From assembly GCA_037969415.1 (NCBI GenBank), contig JBBKXI010000212.1, positions 1-62,718 on the forward strand: a stretch of 62,718 nucleotides of DNA. The letters are read 5' to 3'. The translations under genes were made by a program, and so were the position numbers. Of this stretch, positions 1 through 9,222 are shown in pieces. The stretch comes from Acidimicrobiia bacterium. Its GTDB lineage: Bacteria; Actinomycetota; Acidimicrobiia; Spongiisociales; ZC4RG35. Each line of letters starts with the position of its first letter. Position 1 is the first letter of the stretch. The notes below the pieces were generated by a model, which did not search any database, was not told where the DNA came from, and saw only the letters and a list, made by a program, of their open reading frames with translations.

Positions 1-169
1 TCTCCAGGCATAGCCGTCGATTTGGGGCCGAGGCCATCAGGTCTCAGCCCCAATCCGATGCAAAGCCAACGACGACTTCCAAACCGGGATGCTCGGCTCA
101 AATTCCGGCTGAGCGAAGCCCGAACTAAGGGTGAATATTGGTTTCGATCGGACCGTTGGGGCCTTCTGA

Positions 170-1159
170 CTAGGGTAGACGGCCGAACCACGCCAGGGAA
201 CCAAGACCCGCCAAAACAAGAAGTGCCATTGCACCGCCGGCGAACCAGTCGCTGATTTCGACTTGCTCTCGCTCCACCATTACTGATTGGCCAAGGCTTT
301 CGTAAACGTCGCTCAGCTGGTCGGCAGTGGCAGCAGTGAGTGTCTGGCCGTCGGTCTGACTCGCTAGCTTTTTCAATGCGGCTTCGTTGACCGGGACCGG
401 GACTCTGCCCATAAACGGGTCGTCGATGAATCCGGAATCTGTGCCAAAGGCGATGGTGTGCACCGGCACGCCGGCAGCTTGCGCCGCCGATCCGGCCTCG
501 TCGTTCGATCTACCCACGGTGGTGTCACCGTCGGAAAGAAGCACGATCGTTCCGACCGGAGCTTCGGAATCGGCGGCATCGGAGTCCCCAGGCTCACTAG
601 CGCCCTCAATTGCGTCAATCCCGAGGAAGACTGCTTCTCCGATCGCGGTGCCCTCGCCGAGTGATTGGTCACGGATCGAGGTGTCGATTATCCGTTTCAC
701 GCCGGTCAGGTTGGTGGTCGGTGCTATCAGTTGGCGCGCCGATCCGTCAAATGCGACCACGCCAATCGCCACCCCTTCAGGGACGGAGTCAAGGAAAACA
801 CCGGCAGCTTCGCGCGCCGCGTCGATCCGGCTTGGCGCCACATCCGCTGCTCGCATCGAAATCGAGGTGTCGATGGCCAGTATGACCAGCTTCGACGTCT
901 CTGTGGATTCACCGGCAATCACCGGGCGGGCGAAACCGAGGGTGGCAACAGCCACCGCCAGGACTAGCCCGATAGCGGGCAGATGCCGCCGCCACCCGGG
1001 TTTGTCAGGAGCAACTTCGTCGAGCATCTCCATGGTCGTAAATCGCAGGGCGTAACTGCGGCGTCGTGCCGAAACCAGCAAGTATCCGAGCAGGAGTGCC
1101 AGTGGGAGTACCAACAGGGCTAATCGCGCCGGGGCGAGAAATGCGAATTCTTCTATCAT
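170..1159 (-). CDS. VWA (von Willebrand factor A) domain membrane protein, BatA-like
   Basis: 329-aa ORF with N- and C-terminal hydrophobic segments and MIDAS-like DTSISM (DxSxS). Its ATG overlaps the upstream DUF58 stop (ATGA at 1156-1159). Confidence 0.85.
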   Translation of the reverse strand: MIEEFAFLAPARLALLVLPLALLLGYLLVSARRRSYALRFTTMEMLDEVAPDKPGWRRHLPAIGLVLAVAVATLGFARPVIAGESTETSKLVILAIDTSISMRAADVAPSRIDAAREAAGVFLDSVPEGVAIGVVAFDGSARQLIAPTTNLTGVKRIIDTSIRDQSLGEGTAIGEAVFLGIDAIEGASEPGDSDAADSEAPVGTIVLLSDGDTTVGRSNDEAGSAAQAAGVPVHTIAFGTDSGFIDDPFMGRVPVPVNEAALKKLASQTDGQTLTAATADQLSDVYESLGQSVMVEREQVEISDWFAGGAMALLVLAGLGSLAWFGRLP

Positions 1160-2127
1160 GCCGTCCTCCGCGATGTCAACAATCGTGCCTTGCGGTTGGA
1201 CACAAAACTCACAAAGTCAAGCACCCAATCCCGGTCGGTTCTGAGGACCAAGTGGTCCGCTCCACTCCTCTTGAGGGTGGTGTCGAGGGCATCGCGACGT
1301 TTCCCAGCCGTGGTCGCGTAGGCGGCACGAGCGGCCACATCTCTGGTATCGAGGAGCCGGCGACGTCCGGTTTCAGGGTCGACCAGAGCCACCAGACCGA
1401 CGTCGGGAATCGTCAGCTCACGAGGATCGATGACCTCAACCGCTACTACGTCGTGGCGGACCGAGACCCTTCCCAGGGCCCTCTCCCAGCCTTCGCTGTC
1501 GAGGAAATCGGAGAACACAACCACCATCCCCCGGCGGCGAGCGGCACGAGACACCAGGTCTATTGCGCCAGCCAGGTCACCCGACTGACCATCGACAGGC
1601 TCAGTCCGGAGGGCGGCAAGGATGCCGGTCGTATGAGCAGACCCTCCCCGCGCGGGAAACATCAGGGGACGTGTTTTATCGGCTCCAACCGTTGAAGTAA
1701 CGGCCCCGACCCGGTTGCCCGTTGTCGATGCCAGGAGCCCGAAGGCTCCCGCCGCAGACCATGCCACCTCATGTTTTGTTGTCATGGCGGTCCCGAATCC
1801 GAGGCTCGATGAGGTGTCAAGTACTAACCACACATCCAGTTCGTGGTCGGCGATCATGTCGCGCACATGCGGTTCGTGGTTTCGTGCAGTCACGGCCCAG
1901 TCGATATGGCGGGGATCGTCACCGGGCATATAGGGCCTGGCCTCGCCACGTTCGGTGCCGTGCCCGGGAAACAGGCCGCCGTAGTCACCAGAGAGGAGAC
2001 CGTCGATGCGATGCATCACGGTGAGTCGAAGGCGGTCAACCGGCGCCGTGGCCGGAGAGGTCAGCCGGGTCCGCCGTGGCACCGGTTGCACTCCGGACGG
2101 TGGTGTTTGTTTGCGTCGCAACATCAT
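1156..2127 (-). CDS. DUF58 domain protein (MoxR-associated)
   Basis: 323-aa ORF with the typical DUF58 stretch PGDDPRHIDW...LVLDTSSS. It overlaps MoxR and VWA by 4 nt on each side. Confidence 0.85.
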   Translation of the reverse strand: MMLRRKQTPPSGVQPVPRRTRLTSPATAPVDRLRLTVMHRIDGLLSGDYGGLFPGHGTERGEARPYMPGDDPRHIDWAVTARNHEPHVRDMIADHELDVWLVLDTSSSLGFGTAMTTKHEVAWSAAGAFGLLASTTGNRVGAVTSTVGADKTRPLMFPARGGSAHTTGILAALRTEPVDGQSGDLAGAIDLVSRAARRRGMVVVFSDFLDSEGWERALGRVSVRHDVVAVEVIDPRELTIPDVGLVALVDPETGRRRLLDTRDVAARAAYATTAGKRRDALDTTLKRSGADHLVLRTDRDWVLDFVSFVSNRKARLLTSRRTA

Positions 2128-3155
2128 CCAACCAGCGAGGATCGACTGCCCATCAACTGCGATGTCGACATCCGTGGGGCGACCACGGTCGTCAAGACCT
2201 CGAGAAGAACGTCATCGACGCCAATCCCATCGGCCACTGCATCGAAAGACAGGACCAGTCGGTGGTTGAGCACGTCATAGGCGATGTCGTAGACATCCTG
2301 GGGAAGCACATGGTCTCGTCCCCGAAGTAGAGCGAGTGCCCGGCCCGCGCTGACGAGCCCGATGCTCGCACGGGGACTCGCTCCGTAGGCGAGCAGCCCC
2401 TCGATTGCCACACGATGCTCGGAAGGGTTCCGGGTGGCGAGTACGAGCCGGATGGCATAGTCCTGCACCGCCCTGTCGACGTATATCTCGTTAGACGCTT
2501 GTTGCAAGCCAGCAACGTCTGCGGTGGAGAGGATCGGCTCCGGTGTCACCCAACGAGCCGTCGATCTTTCCACGATCTCGTGCTCATCCCTGGCTGTCGG
2601 GTAGTCGACGGGAATCCGCATCAAGAAGCGATCCCGCTGAGCTTCGGGTAACGGATAGACGCCTTCGGATTCGATCGGGTTCTGTGTGGCTAAGACCAGG
2701 AACGGGGCGGGAAGCTTGTGAGTCTTACCTCCCAGGGAGACCTGACGCTCTGCCATCACCTCGAGCAGCGCAGATTGCACTTTGGCGGGGGCACGGTTGA
2801 TCTCGTCGGCGAGAACGAAGTTGGCGAAAACCGGGCCGAGCTCGACGTCGAAACTTTCCTGAGACGGGCGATAGATTCGGGTGCCCACGATGTCGGAAGG
2901 CAACAGATCGGGGGTGAACTGGATCCTGGTGAAGGTCCCGCCGAGGGTTCCTGCGAGAGTGGAAACAGTCAGTGTCTTACCGAGACCGGGCACGCCCTCG
3001 AGAAGGCAGTGCCCACCGGCGAGGAGAGCGACGAGGACTCGTTCGAGAACTCGTTCCTGGCCAACGATCACTCGCTGCAGTTCGGCAGCCACCTCACGGA
3101 GTTGCGCTCCGTGTACACCAGGTGAGCTGAAAATGGTTGTGTCTGGCGGATTCAT
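2124..3155 (-). CDS. moxR: MoxR-family AAA+ ATPase
   Basis: 343 aa with Walker A GVPGLGKT, Walker B LADEINRA and the MoxR hallmark RIQFTPDLLPSDIVGT. Confidence 0.9.
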   Translation of the reverse strand: MNPPDTTIFSSPGVHGAQLREVAAELQRVIVGQERVLERVLVALLAGGHCLLEGVPGLGKTLTVSTLAGTLGGTFTRIQFTPDLLPSDIVGTRIYRPSQESFDVELGPVFANFVLADEINRAPAKVQSALLEVMAERQVSLGGKTHKLPAPFLVLATQNPIESEGVYPLPEAQRDRFLMRIPVDYPTARDEHEIVERSTARWVTPEPILSTADVAGLQQASNEIYVDRAVQDYAIRLVLATRNPSEHRVAIEGLLAYGASPRASIGLVSAGRALALLRGRDHVLPQDVYDIAYDVLNHRLVLSFDAVADGIGVDDVLLEVLTTVVAPRMSTSQLMGSRSSLVG

Positions 3156-4294
3156 GATCCTTGTCCTCCTCCGGGCACGCCGAGTAAGTCTTCAAATAGC
3201 TGCTGGAGTTCGGGTGGCAAGTCGTTCAAACCGAACATTTCTTCGAGCATTTCTTGCAATCCCGGGAGCTCGCCAAAGCCCGGACCGTTGGGGTCGAGAA
3301 GATCGTCAAGGCCAGGAAGAAGGTCGTCGAGACCTGGAACCAACGAGCTGGGACCGTTTTCGGGCGCCGGAATTGTCGGAGCATCAACGCCACCGGCATC
3401 ATCGACCTGTTGGATCAGGTCGGCGAAGTCCTCGACCGGTACGGCAAACCCGACTCCGTCGTTGCCGCCCGACATCGATGCGATAGCGGTATTGATCCCG
3501 ATGACTCTGGCTTCTGCATCGGCAAGTGGCCCTCCCGAGTTTCCGGGATTAATCGGCGCATCGGTCTGAATCAGGCCGGTTAATACACCAACTGGCGTGT
3601 CGATTTCCCGATCAAGCCCTGAGATGATGCCAGCCGTAACCGACTGTTGGAATCCGAAGGGACTGCCCAGAGCGATGGCGATTTCACCAACCTCCACAGT
3701 CCCGGGCTCAGAAATCGTGGCCGCCACCAGGTCGGTGGGGTCATCGAGGGCAACGATGGCCAGATCCCGTTCCGGGGCCCGGCCAACCACACGGCCGTTG
3801 AGGCTGCGCCCGTCGGCGAGTTTGACCGTCACGTCGTCGGAGAATGAGACCACGTGGTGGGCAGTGAGGACTAGACCGGATTCATCGTAAATAACCCCGG
3901 ATCCAACTCCTCCACCTGCATCGAGTCCACCGAGTATCTCGATATGGACTACGGCCGGGCCGAGGGCTGCGGCGACTGCCGTAGGGCTCCCCGCTTCTGC
4001 CTCGGTTGCGGCGACGGTCGGAGTCGTGCTTCCGTCATTGTTTCCGAGCCATATGCCAGATGCACCGGCGATTATCAAGACCGCCACCACGCCGGCGGCA
4101 ACCCATCTCGATTTGCCGCGGGACCGGTTGGGTTCGCTGGGAACAGGTGCGGTCTCGGGACGAGCCACCGGTTCGAGAATTTGAGTACTGGCGACCACGT
4201 CGGGGATTTCCCCGACCGGCGGCGATGCTGGCAGATCGCGCCAGGAACCTCGCTTGGGCCGCCTCTGGGACGGCCGCGAATCTAGTTGGGTCAA
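3152..4294 (-). CDS. Membrane-anchored trypsin-like serine protease (S1C/HtrA-like catalytic domain, no PDZ)
   Basis: 380 aa with one TM (WVAAGVVAVLIIAGASGIW) and triad contexts TAHHV, DLAIVAL, GNSGGPL. TTG start at 4294 lies 6 nt after GGAGGT. The stop overlaps the moxR ATG (ATGA). The acidic repeat tail LPGLDDLL occurs twice. Confidence 0.8.
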   Translation of the reverse strand: MTQLDSRPSQRRPKRGSWRDLPASPPVGEIPDVVASTQILEPVARPETAPVPSEPNRSRGKSRWVAAGVVAVLIIAGASGIWLGNNDGSTTPTVAATEAEAGSPTAVAAALGPAVVHIEILGGLDAGGGVGSGVIYDESGLVLTAHHVVSFSDDVTVKLADGRSLNGRVVGRAPERDLAIVALDDPTDLVAATISEPGTVEVGEIAIALGSPFGFQQSVTAGIISGLDREIDTPVGVLTGLIQTDAPINPGNSGGPLADAEARVIGINTAIASMSGGNDGVGFAVPVEDFADLIQQVDDAGGVDAPTIPAPENGPSSLVPGLDDLLPGLDDLLDPNGPGFGELPGLQEMLEEMFGLNDLPPELQQLFEDLLGVPGGGQGS

Positions 4295-4420
4295 GGGGAA
4301 ACCTCCGGTTCAATACGTCAGAAGCCAAAACGTATCTGGACCGGTTTAAAAAGTCTGTCAAGGTCCCGGCAACACCAATTACCTGGCCATCCGGTTGCGG
4401 CCTGCCCGGGTTGTCCCTAC

Positions 4421-5422
4421 CTATGGAACGATTGTGTTGCTCCCCGCGGATAGCGCCGCACTCCAGGTGGCTGCCGTGTTCGAGTTGAACATCGGCCCGA
4501 ACATTGTCATGACCCCCGTGTACCCGTAGGAGTTGACGGAAACCTGAGTTCCGGCCGCATTGTTGAACGGTGCAAACCAAGGTCCTCCCGACGAACCACC
4601 GGTCATGTTGCATGAGACGCCGTACGTCAAACCGTTAGTTCCGGCGTCGCTTCCTACCGGCCCCTGGCAATAGATCAGATCGTTGCCTTTGTACTTTCCG
4701 GCAGCGGGGTAGCCAAAGGCCGACACCGTCGTCCCGAGACTCACTGATGAGAATGAAACGGCGTGCGATCCGACGGTGGCATCCAATTGACTATTGGTTT
4801 TCCCGCCAGTCCCCAGAACGGCGAAGCCCCAGTCATATCGCACTGCTTGGTCATTGAATCCACCCGCACTGGCATACCCGTTGTGGACGACCAGGGATGT
4901 TGCGGTCCAACAGCCCCATTTGGTCTGAGCGCAGAATGATCCGTTGGTGTCGATCGCAGCCGGGGCGGCGTCATAGTTAGGGATGAACATCCAGTTGGTC
5001 GCGAACTGGCCATTCGCCTCGTCGAAAACGCAGTGGCCCGCCGAAACCACCACGGAGCGTCCGCTCACCGATTCAGTGGCAACGCTTCCCGAACAGACGT
5101 AGTAGAGGCCACCCATCGCAAAAAGGATCTTGCCAGTTGTCTCCACAACCGGGCCACCACTTGTCCAGGGTTTGCCAACAACTCCCCGGCCACCGCCGCC
5201 ACCGCCGCCCGGGCGTTCCCGAAGCTGGGTGAAACCCCGTCCATCTTTCACGAAGTCGCGTGGTATCGCCTGGTCAATCCGCGCCGGCGTCCAGAATTCG
5301 ACGACTCTCTCGTGCTCGGCTCGGGCCCGGTCTGCTTGGTCGGGCGTAGCGAGGGCGCCCGGCCCGGCCATAACCATCAACGCCGCCAAAGCTGTGGCGA
5401 GTGTGGTGATGCGACGGATCAT
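4421..5422 (-). CDS. Secreted S1 (chymotrypsin-fold) serine peptidase
   Basis: Motifs SAGHCV and GGSSGGPWF. I chose the internal ATG at 5422 because it gives the signal peptide MIRRITTLATALAALMVMAGPGALA; the ORF track starts at 5467. Contains a Gly7 run. Confidence 0.75.
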   Translation of the reverse strand: MIRRITTLATALAALMVMAGPGALATPDQADRARAEHERVVEFWTPARIDQAIPRDFVKDGRGFTQLRERPGGGGGGGRGVVGKPWTSGGPVVETTGKILFAMGGLYYVCSGSVATESVSGRSVVVSAGHCVFDEANGQFATNWMFIPNYDAAPAAIDTNGSFCAQTKWGCWTATSLVVHNGYASAGGFNDQAVRYDWGFAVLGTGGKTNSQLDATVGSHAVSFSSVSLGTTVSAFGYPAAGKYKGNDLIYCQGPVGSDAGTNGLTYGVSCNMTGGSSGGPWFAPFNNAAGTQVSVNSYGYTGVMTMFGPMFNSNTAATWSAALSAGSNTIVP

Positions 5423-5516
5423 ATCTTCCCCTTTGTTGGCATGGCTACCGGGACAATCTAACGCCATGTCCGAGAGCGGGTGCCAATAGATCGCCCAGGT
5501 TTCATGCTGCGGCGGT

Positions 5517-6632
5517 TCAGATAGTCGCTGCCTTGGCCCTCCATGGACTCACGATGGCGTGGATGTGGTCGACCGCCAGAATCGATTCGGGTTCTGCTTC
5601 GAGATCGACGGGCAGCCAAAGGGCGAAGGTCGCGCCTCCGCCTTCCTCAGATTCGAGTGTGACAACACCGCTCTGGGCTTCGGTCATCTGGCGGGCGATA
5701 GTAAGGCCGAGACCGGATCCTTCCTGCCGGGCCCGATCGCGAGTTCCTTGCCACCCTCGTTCAAATGACCTTGCGTGATGCTGCGGGGGAATACCCGGAC
5801 CTTGATCAGTTACGGCCAACCAGGCCCAACCTCGATATAGACCCCAGTCCACGACGATCTCCGAACCGCGCGGTGCCATTCGCAACGCGTTACTCATGAA
5901 ATTCCCTGCGGCTGTACGCAGAGCCGCAGGGTCGGTTCCGCCAATCACGACCTCTTCCCGTCCCGTCGCCAGTCGTACCACCACTCCGCGGGATATACCC
6001 GGCCCCGCATTTTCTTCCACGAGAGCGGTAGCGACCTGCAGGAGGTCCGTCGGTTCTTTATTTCTCTCGACTGCAAGTTGACCGTGGCCTTCAAGGTCGG
6101 CCACCGTCCTCGACATCCGACTGACGGCCCGGCGCGCCACGTCGATATACCTGGCTGCGCTACTGGCAGATTCCGCCTCGTAGCTAGCGAGTTCCAGGTT
6201 GGTCCCCATTACCGCCAGGGGAGTTCGAAGTTCGTGCACCACTTCCTGCATCCGACGGTCCCGTTCGTCGGCCGCCGTCTGGATGGACGTTCGGACGGTG
6301 ACGATGGCACCGCTAACCCGCCCGGAGAGCCACCATGCGACCAGAGAACCGGTGATGAGAACCAGGACAGGTGCGATGATCCCCCAATTGAAGACCAGTG
6401 CTCTGACGGCAGCGATGTCGGGCCCTCGCTCGGCGAGGATCACCAGCGTCAGGGAGTTTCCGATTCGAGCAAGGCCGGCGTCAGCTGTGTTACCTGGCAA
6501 GGGGTCGAGATTGGCAAGGGTAATCAGTGACGCGGTGACCACCGCTATGGCGAGAAGAGCAACCGGCGAAGCCAGTAACAACGCAAGCTGGGTCCTGCTC
6601 CACTGCCCGCCTTCCATGTCCTGAACTCTCAT
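5517..6632 (-). CDS. Sensor histidine kinase (2 TM, HisKA + HATPase)
   Basis: H-box VHELRTPLAV, plus N-box and G-box like segments (GPGIPP, GSGLGLTIA). It overlaps the response regulator stop by 4 nt. Confidence 0.85.
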   Translation of the reverse strand: MRVQDMEGGQWSRTQLALLLASPVALLAIAVVTASLITLANLDPLPGNTADAGLARIGNSLTLVILAERGPDIAAVRALVFNWGIIAPVLVLITGSLVAWWLSGRVSGAIVTVRTSIQTAADERDRRMQEVVHELRTPLAVMGTNLELASYEAESASSAARYIDVARRAVSRMSRTVADLEGHGQLAVERNKEPTDLLQVATALVEENAGPGISRGVVVRLATGREEVVIGGTDPAALRTAAGNFMSNALRMAPRGSEIVVDWGLYRGWAWLAVTDQGPGIPPQHHARSFERGWQGTRDRARQEGSGLGLTIARQMTEAQSGVVTLESEEGGGATFALWLPVDLEAEPESILAVDHIHAIVSPWRAKAATI

Positions 6633-7324
6633 CCGGGATCCCGGAGGGCGTAGCCCCGGCCCGGAACGGTAACGATCTGTTGCGGCGCCCCCACATCGGC
6701 GAGTTTGCGACGAAGGTTGGACAAGGTCTGTCGCACTGTGTTGGTGAACGGATCAGCATGCTCGTCCCAGACGTGTTCAAGCAGACGTTCGGCGCTATGA
6801 ACTTCTTCGGGATGGAGCAGGAACCAGCGGAGGAGCGCAAACTCCTTGACACTCAGCTTCACCGCCCTTCCGCAGTAGGTGACCACATGGCGAGCAGTAT
6901 CCATCTCGATGTTGGCGTAGGCCACCAGCGAACTGGCGGCGGTGATATCACGCCGGAGCACGGCTCTCACCCTGGCGTTGAGCTCTCCCAGAGAGAACGG
7001 TTTGACCAGGTAGTCGTCGGCACCCTCGTCGAGACCCCGGATCCGATCTTCAACACTCCCTCGTGCGGTAACCATTATGACCTTGGGTGGCGGTCCGGGG
7101 TCGAAGGAATGAACCGGGCCCATACCCAATTGGCGGCAGACATCGAGACCGTCGCGGTCGGGGAGGTTGAGATCGAGACAGACCAGGTCGTAGGCGTTGA
7201 CCGATGCCAGATCTACAGCGCTGGATGCGTCAGAGGCGATGTCGGTTGCATATCCGTCACGGCGGAGGCTGTCGGCCATGGCAGAGGCGAGGTCGGCCTC
7301 GTCCTCGACGACGAGGACACGCAT
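6629..7324 (-). CDS. OmpR/PhoB-family response regulator
   Basis: MRVLVVEDE...DLVCLDLNLPDRDG receiver domain plus a winged-helix C-terminus. Start placed at the ATG at 7324 with GGAG upstream; the ORF track extends to 7444. Confidence 0.9.
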   Translation of the reverse strand: MRVLVVEDEADLASAMADSLRRDGYATDIASDASSAVDLASVNAYDLVCLDLNLPDRDGLDVCRQLGMGPVHSFDPGPPPKVIMVTARGSVEDRIRGLDEGADDYLVKPFSLGELNARVRAVLRRDITAASSLVAYANIEMDTARHVVTYCGRAVKLSVKEFALLRWFLLHPEEVHSAERLLEHVWDEHADPFTNTVRQTLSNLRRKLADVGAPQQIVTVPGRGYALRDPG

Positions 7325-7603
7325 CAGGTTATCTCCGGAACTTGGCTGCGGAACGGGGCAGGATTTGGTTTGAATTTCATGGTCGATAGGGAGGAACGGA
7401 TTCTCCGTATATTCGACGTATTGAGGGGGTCGGCAGGTTCCCACGATCCCGGCGACTTGGAGTCAAACCTATTCGATCGTCCTCATGTTTGAGACTTGCC
7501 CGGGATGCAAGAGCTTTTTCACGATTTTGAGCGGGGACTCACCGACGCAAATATCAACGACCTCGGCCCGGGAGCCGTTCCATACTCTCCGGCCACCTAG
7601 GAA

Positions 7604-7963
7604 TTGACAGTCGCCGGGCCATCCGACGTCGGTATGGCGATCCCTCAATTCGGGCTGCGGCGACTCCACGTCATCGTCCCGGATGGCCTGTATGCATGTT
7701 TCGAAACCAGCCAAAGCGGTTTTCAGCGCTCGCCGTGGCGGGTTGGAGAACCGGGGACTCCGGGCACATGGAGCGAGGAACCGCCTGTCGTCCTCGAGGG
7801 CGAGTACATGCTCGTAGTGACTGCGGTGGACGCCGGGTCGACGTTTCAGCTCGATATCATCGACCTCGACGACAACCCCGATTGCGACGAAGAAGACTCC
7901 GGGTCGAGTATCCCTGAGCTTTGCGGGTTATGTTCGCCATCCCGGTACTACTACCGCCGGTAG
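7604..7963 (+). CDS. Hypothetical protein (weak call)
   Basis: 119-aa ORF with GC-rich third positions and no recognisable motif. It overlaps a competing 81-aa minus-strand ORF (7469-7714). Confidence 0.2.
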   Translation: MTVAGPSDVGMAIPQFGLRRLHVIVPDGLYACFETSQSGFQRSPWRVGEPGTPGTWSEEPPVVLEGEYMLVVTAVDAGSTFQLDIIDLDDNPDCDEEDSGSSIPELCGLCSPSRYYYRR

Positions 7964-8016
7964 CTCGAACGGTCGTCGGGTGATCCCTTGATCAGCACCC
8001 TTGTCGATGTGCGGTC

Positions 8017-8463
8017 CTACTCGGTGTAGAAGGCTTCCACCCGCCTGGCCATCTCTTCCTCGCTGACATCTTCAACGTGCTGGCCGAGACCCCAGGTGTG
8101 TCCGAACGGGTCCCGCACCCGACCGCCCTTGTCTCCGTAGAATTGCATTTCGAGCGGGTAGACAACCGCACAACCAGCCTCGATTGCTTTGCTCCAAAGC
8201 GAATCGACGTCATCGGAGTAGATAAACAACGACGAAGTGGTGCCCTTTAACGTTCTTGGTGAAACTGTTGGTCCGTCCGGCCACTCATCGCCCAGCATGA
8301 TCACGGAGTCGCCGATCCGAATTTCGGCGTGGGCGACCACACCATTGGGGCCTGTCATCCTGGCACTCGTCTCTTCGGCGCAGGGGGTGACCGTGATCGA
8401 CGGGGTAACTGAATGCAGGTTGTCGGGGATTCCACCCGTAGAAGGGTCCTTTCTCTCGTTCAC
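8017..8463 (-). CDS. VOC/glyoxalase-family protein (PhnB-like)
   Basis: HAEIRIGDSVIMLGDE...QFYGDKGGRVRDPFGHTW. GTG at 8463 chosen because the longer track ORF (to 8628) would overlap the divergent PNPOx gene. Confidence 0.7.
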   Translation of the reverse strand: MNERKDPSTGGIPDNLHSVTPSITVTPCAEETSARMTGPNGVVAHAEIRIGDSVIMLGDEWPDGPTVSPRTLKGTTSSLFIYSDDVDSLWSKAIEAGCAVVYPLEMQFYGDKGGRVRDPFGHTWGLGQHVEDVSEEEMARRVEAFYTE

Positions 8464-8501
8464 CCACTCTATGCGGAGACGCCACGCATAGTATTTCCCC
8501 G

Positions 8502-9005
8502 ATGACTGAGAATCGTGATCGACCGCAGATGCCAGACGGATACGGCGTACCCGAAACCAGCAAGGGGCTTCTCTCTTGGGATGAAGTCGAAGCCAGGCTG
8601 GTGGCATCGGAGCAGTATTGGATGGCAACCACTCGTGAAGACGGACGTCCCCACGTAGTGCCTCGATGGGGAGTTTGGATCGACGGGAAGCTCTTTTATG
8701 ACGGTTCTCCGGAGACCTTCCACCTCAGAAACCTGAAGCGAAATCCGGCGTGCACCCTCCATCTCGAAGACGGTTGGCAAGCCGTCATCGTTGATGGTGA
8801 ATCCGGACCAACGGAAAGCCCCGGTGTCGAGTTGGGAACCCGGATCGCCTCTGCAATGGGAGGCAAGTACGGCCCAAAAGGATATAGCCCTGAACCGGAC
8901 GCATGGGAAGGGCCCGAGGCGGGAGGGCTGTGTTGTTTTGTCCCATCGAAGGCGTTGGCCTGGTTCGATTTCCCCAATGATGTGACGAGGTTCGATCTCG
9001 GCTGA
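8502..9005 (+). CDS. Pyridoxamine 5'-phosphate oxidase-family (flavin/deazaflavin binding) protein
   Basis: 167 aa with WMATTREDGRPHVVPRWGVWIDGKLFYDG, typical of the PNPOx-like split barrel. Confidence 0.8.
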   Translation: MTENRDRPQMPDGYGVPETSKGLLSWDEVEARLVASEQYWMATTREDGRPHVVPRWGVWIDGKLFYDGSPETFHLRNLKRNPACTLHLEDGWQAVIVDGESGPTESPGVELGTRIASAMGGKYGPKGYSPEPDAWEGPEAGGLCCFVPSKALAWFDFPNDVTRFDLG

Positions 9006-9222
9006 CCGGTTGTCCGAATCCCACGGAAAGCGAGCGATCGTCGGAATCAGGCCACAATAATGTCTGGCCGATTGACTCACGAGGAGCCCTCCGGCCAGAC
9101 AGCAGTATTTATACGCGACACTTTGGATCGGTGCAACAAAAAAGAGAAACAATTTTCGCGATCTCGGATCGCCCCGTGCTGCGGTGCGGATCGCGCACTG
9201 ATGTCCGCCCTGGTGTCCTTGC

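Noticed and set aside
1-169. Possible start of a further minus-strand gene continuing off the left edge (ATG at 36-34)
   Set aside because: Only 12 codons are visible, with no RBS or motif, which is insufficient evidence.
387-1055. 222-aa plus-strand ORF, and several shorter ones, opposite the VWA gene
   Set aside because: This is a typical GC-rich shadow ORF: Ala/Ser/Arg/Pro-rich, with no motifs, and fully antisense to a gene with clear domain signatures.
8017-8628. VOC gene as a possible truncated or degraded gene (the first beta-alpha module looks about 10 aa short: ...SITVTPCAEETSARM...)
   Set aside because: This cannot be judged without an alignment. There is no stop or frameshift visible, and it may be a natural variant.
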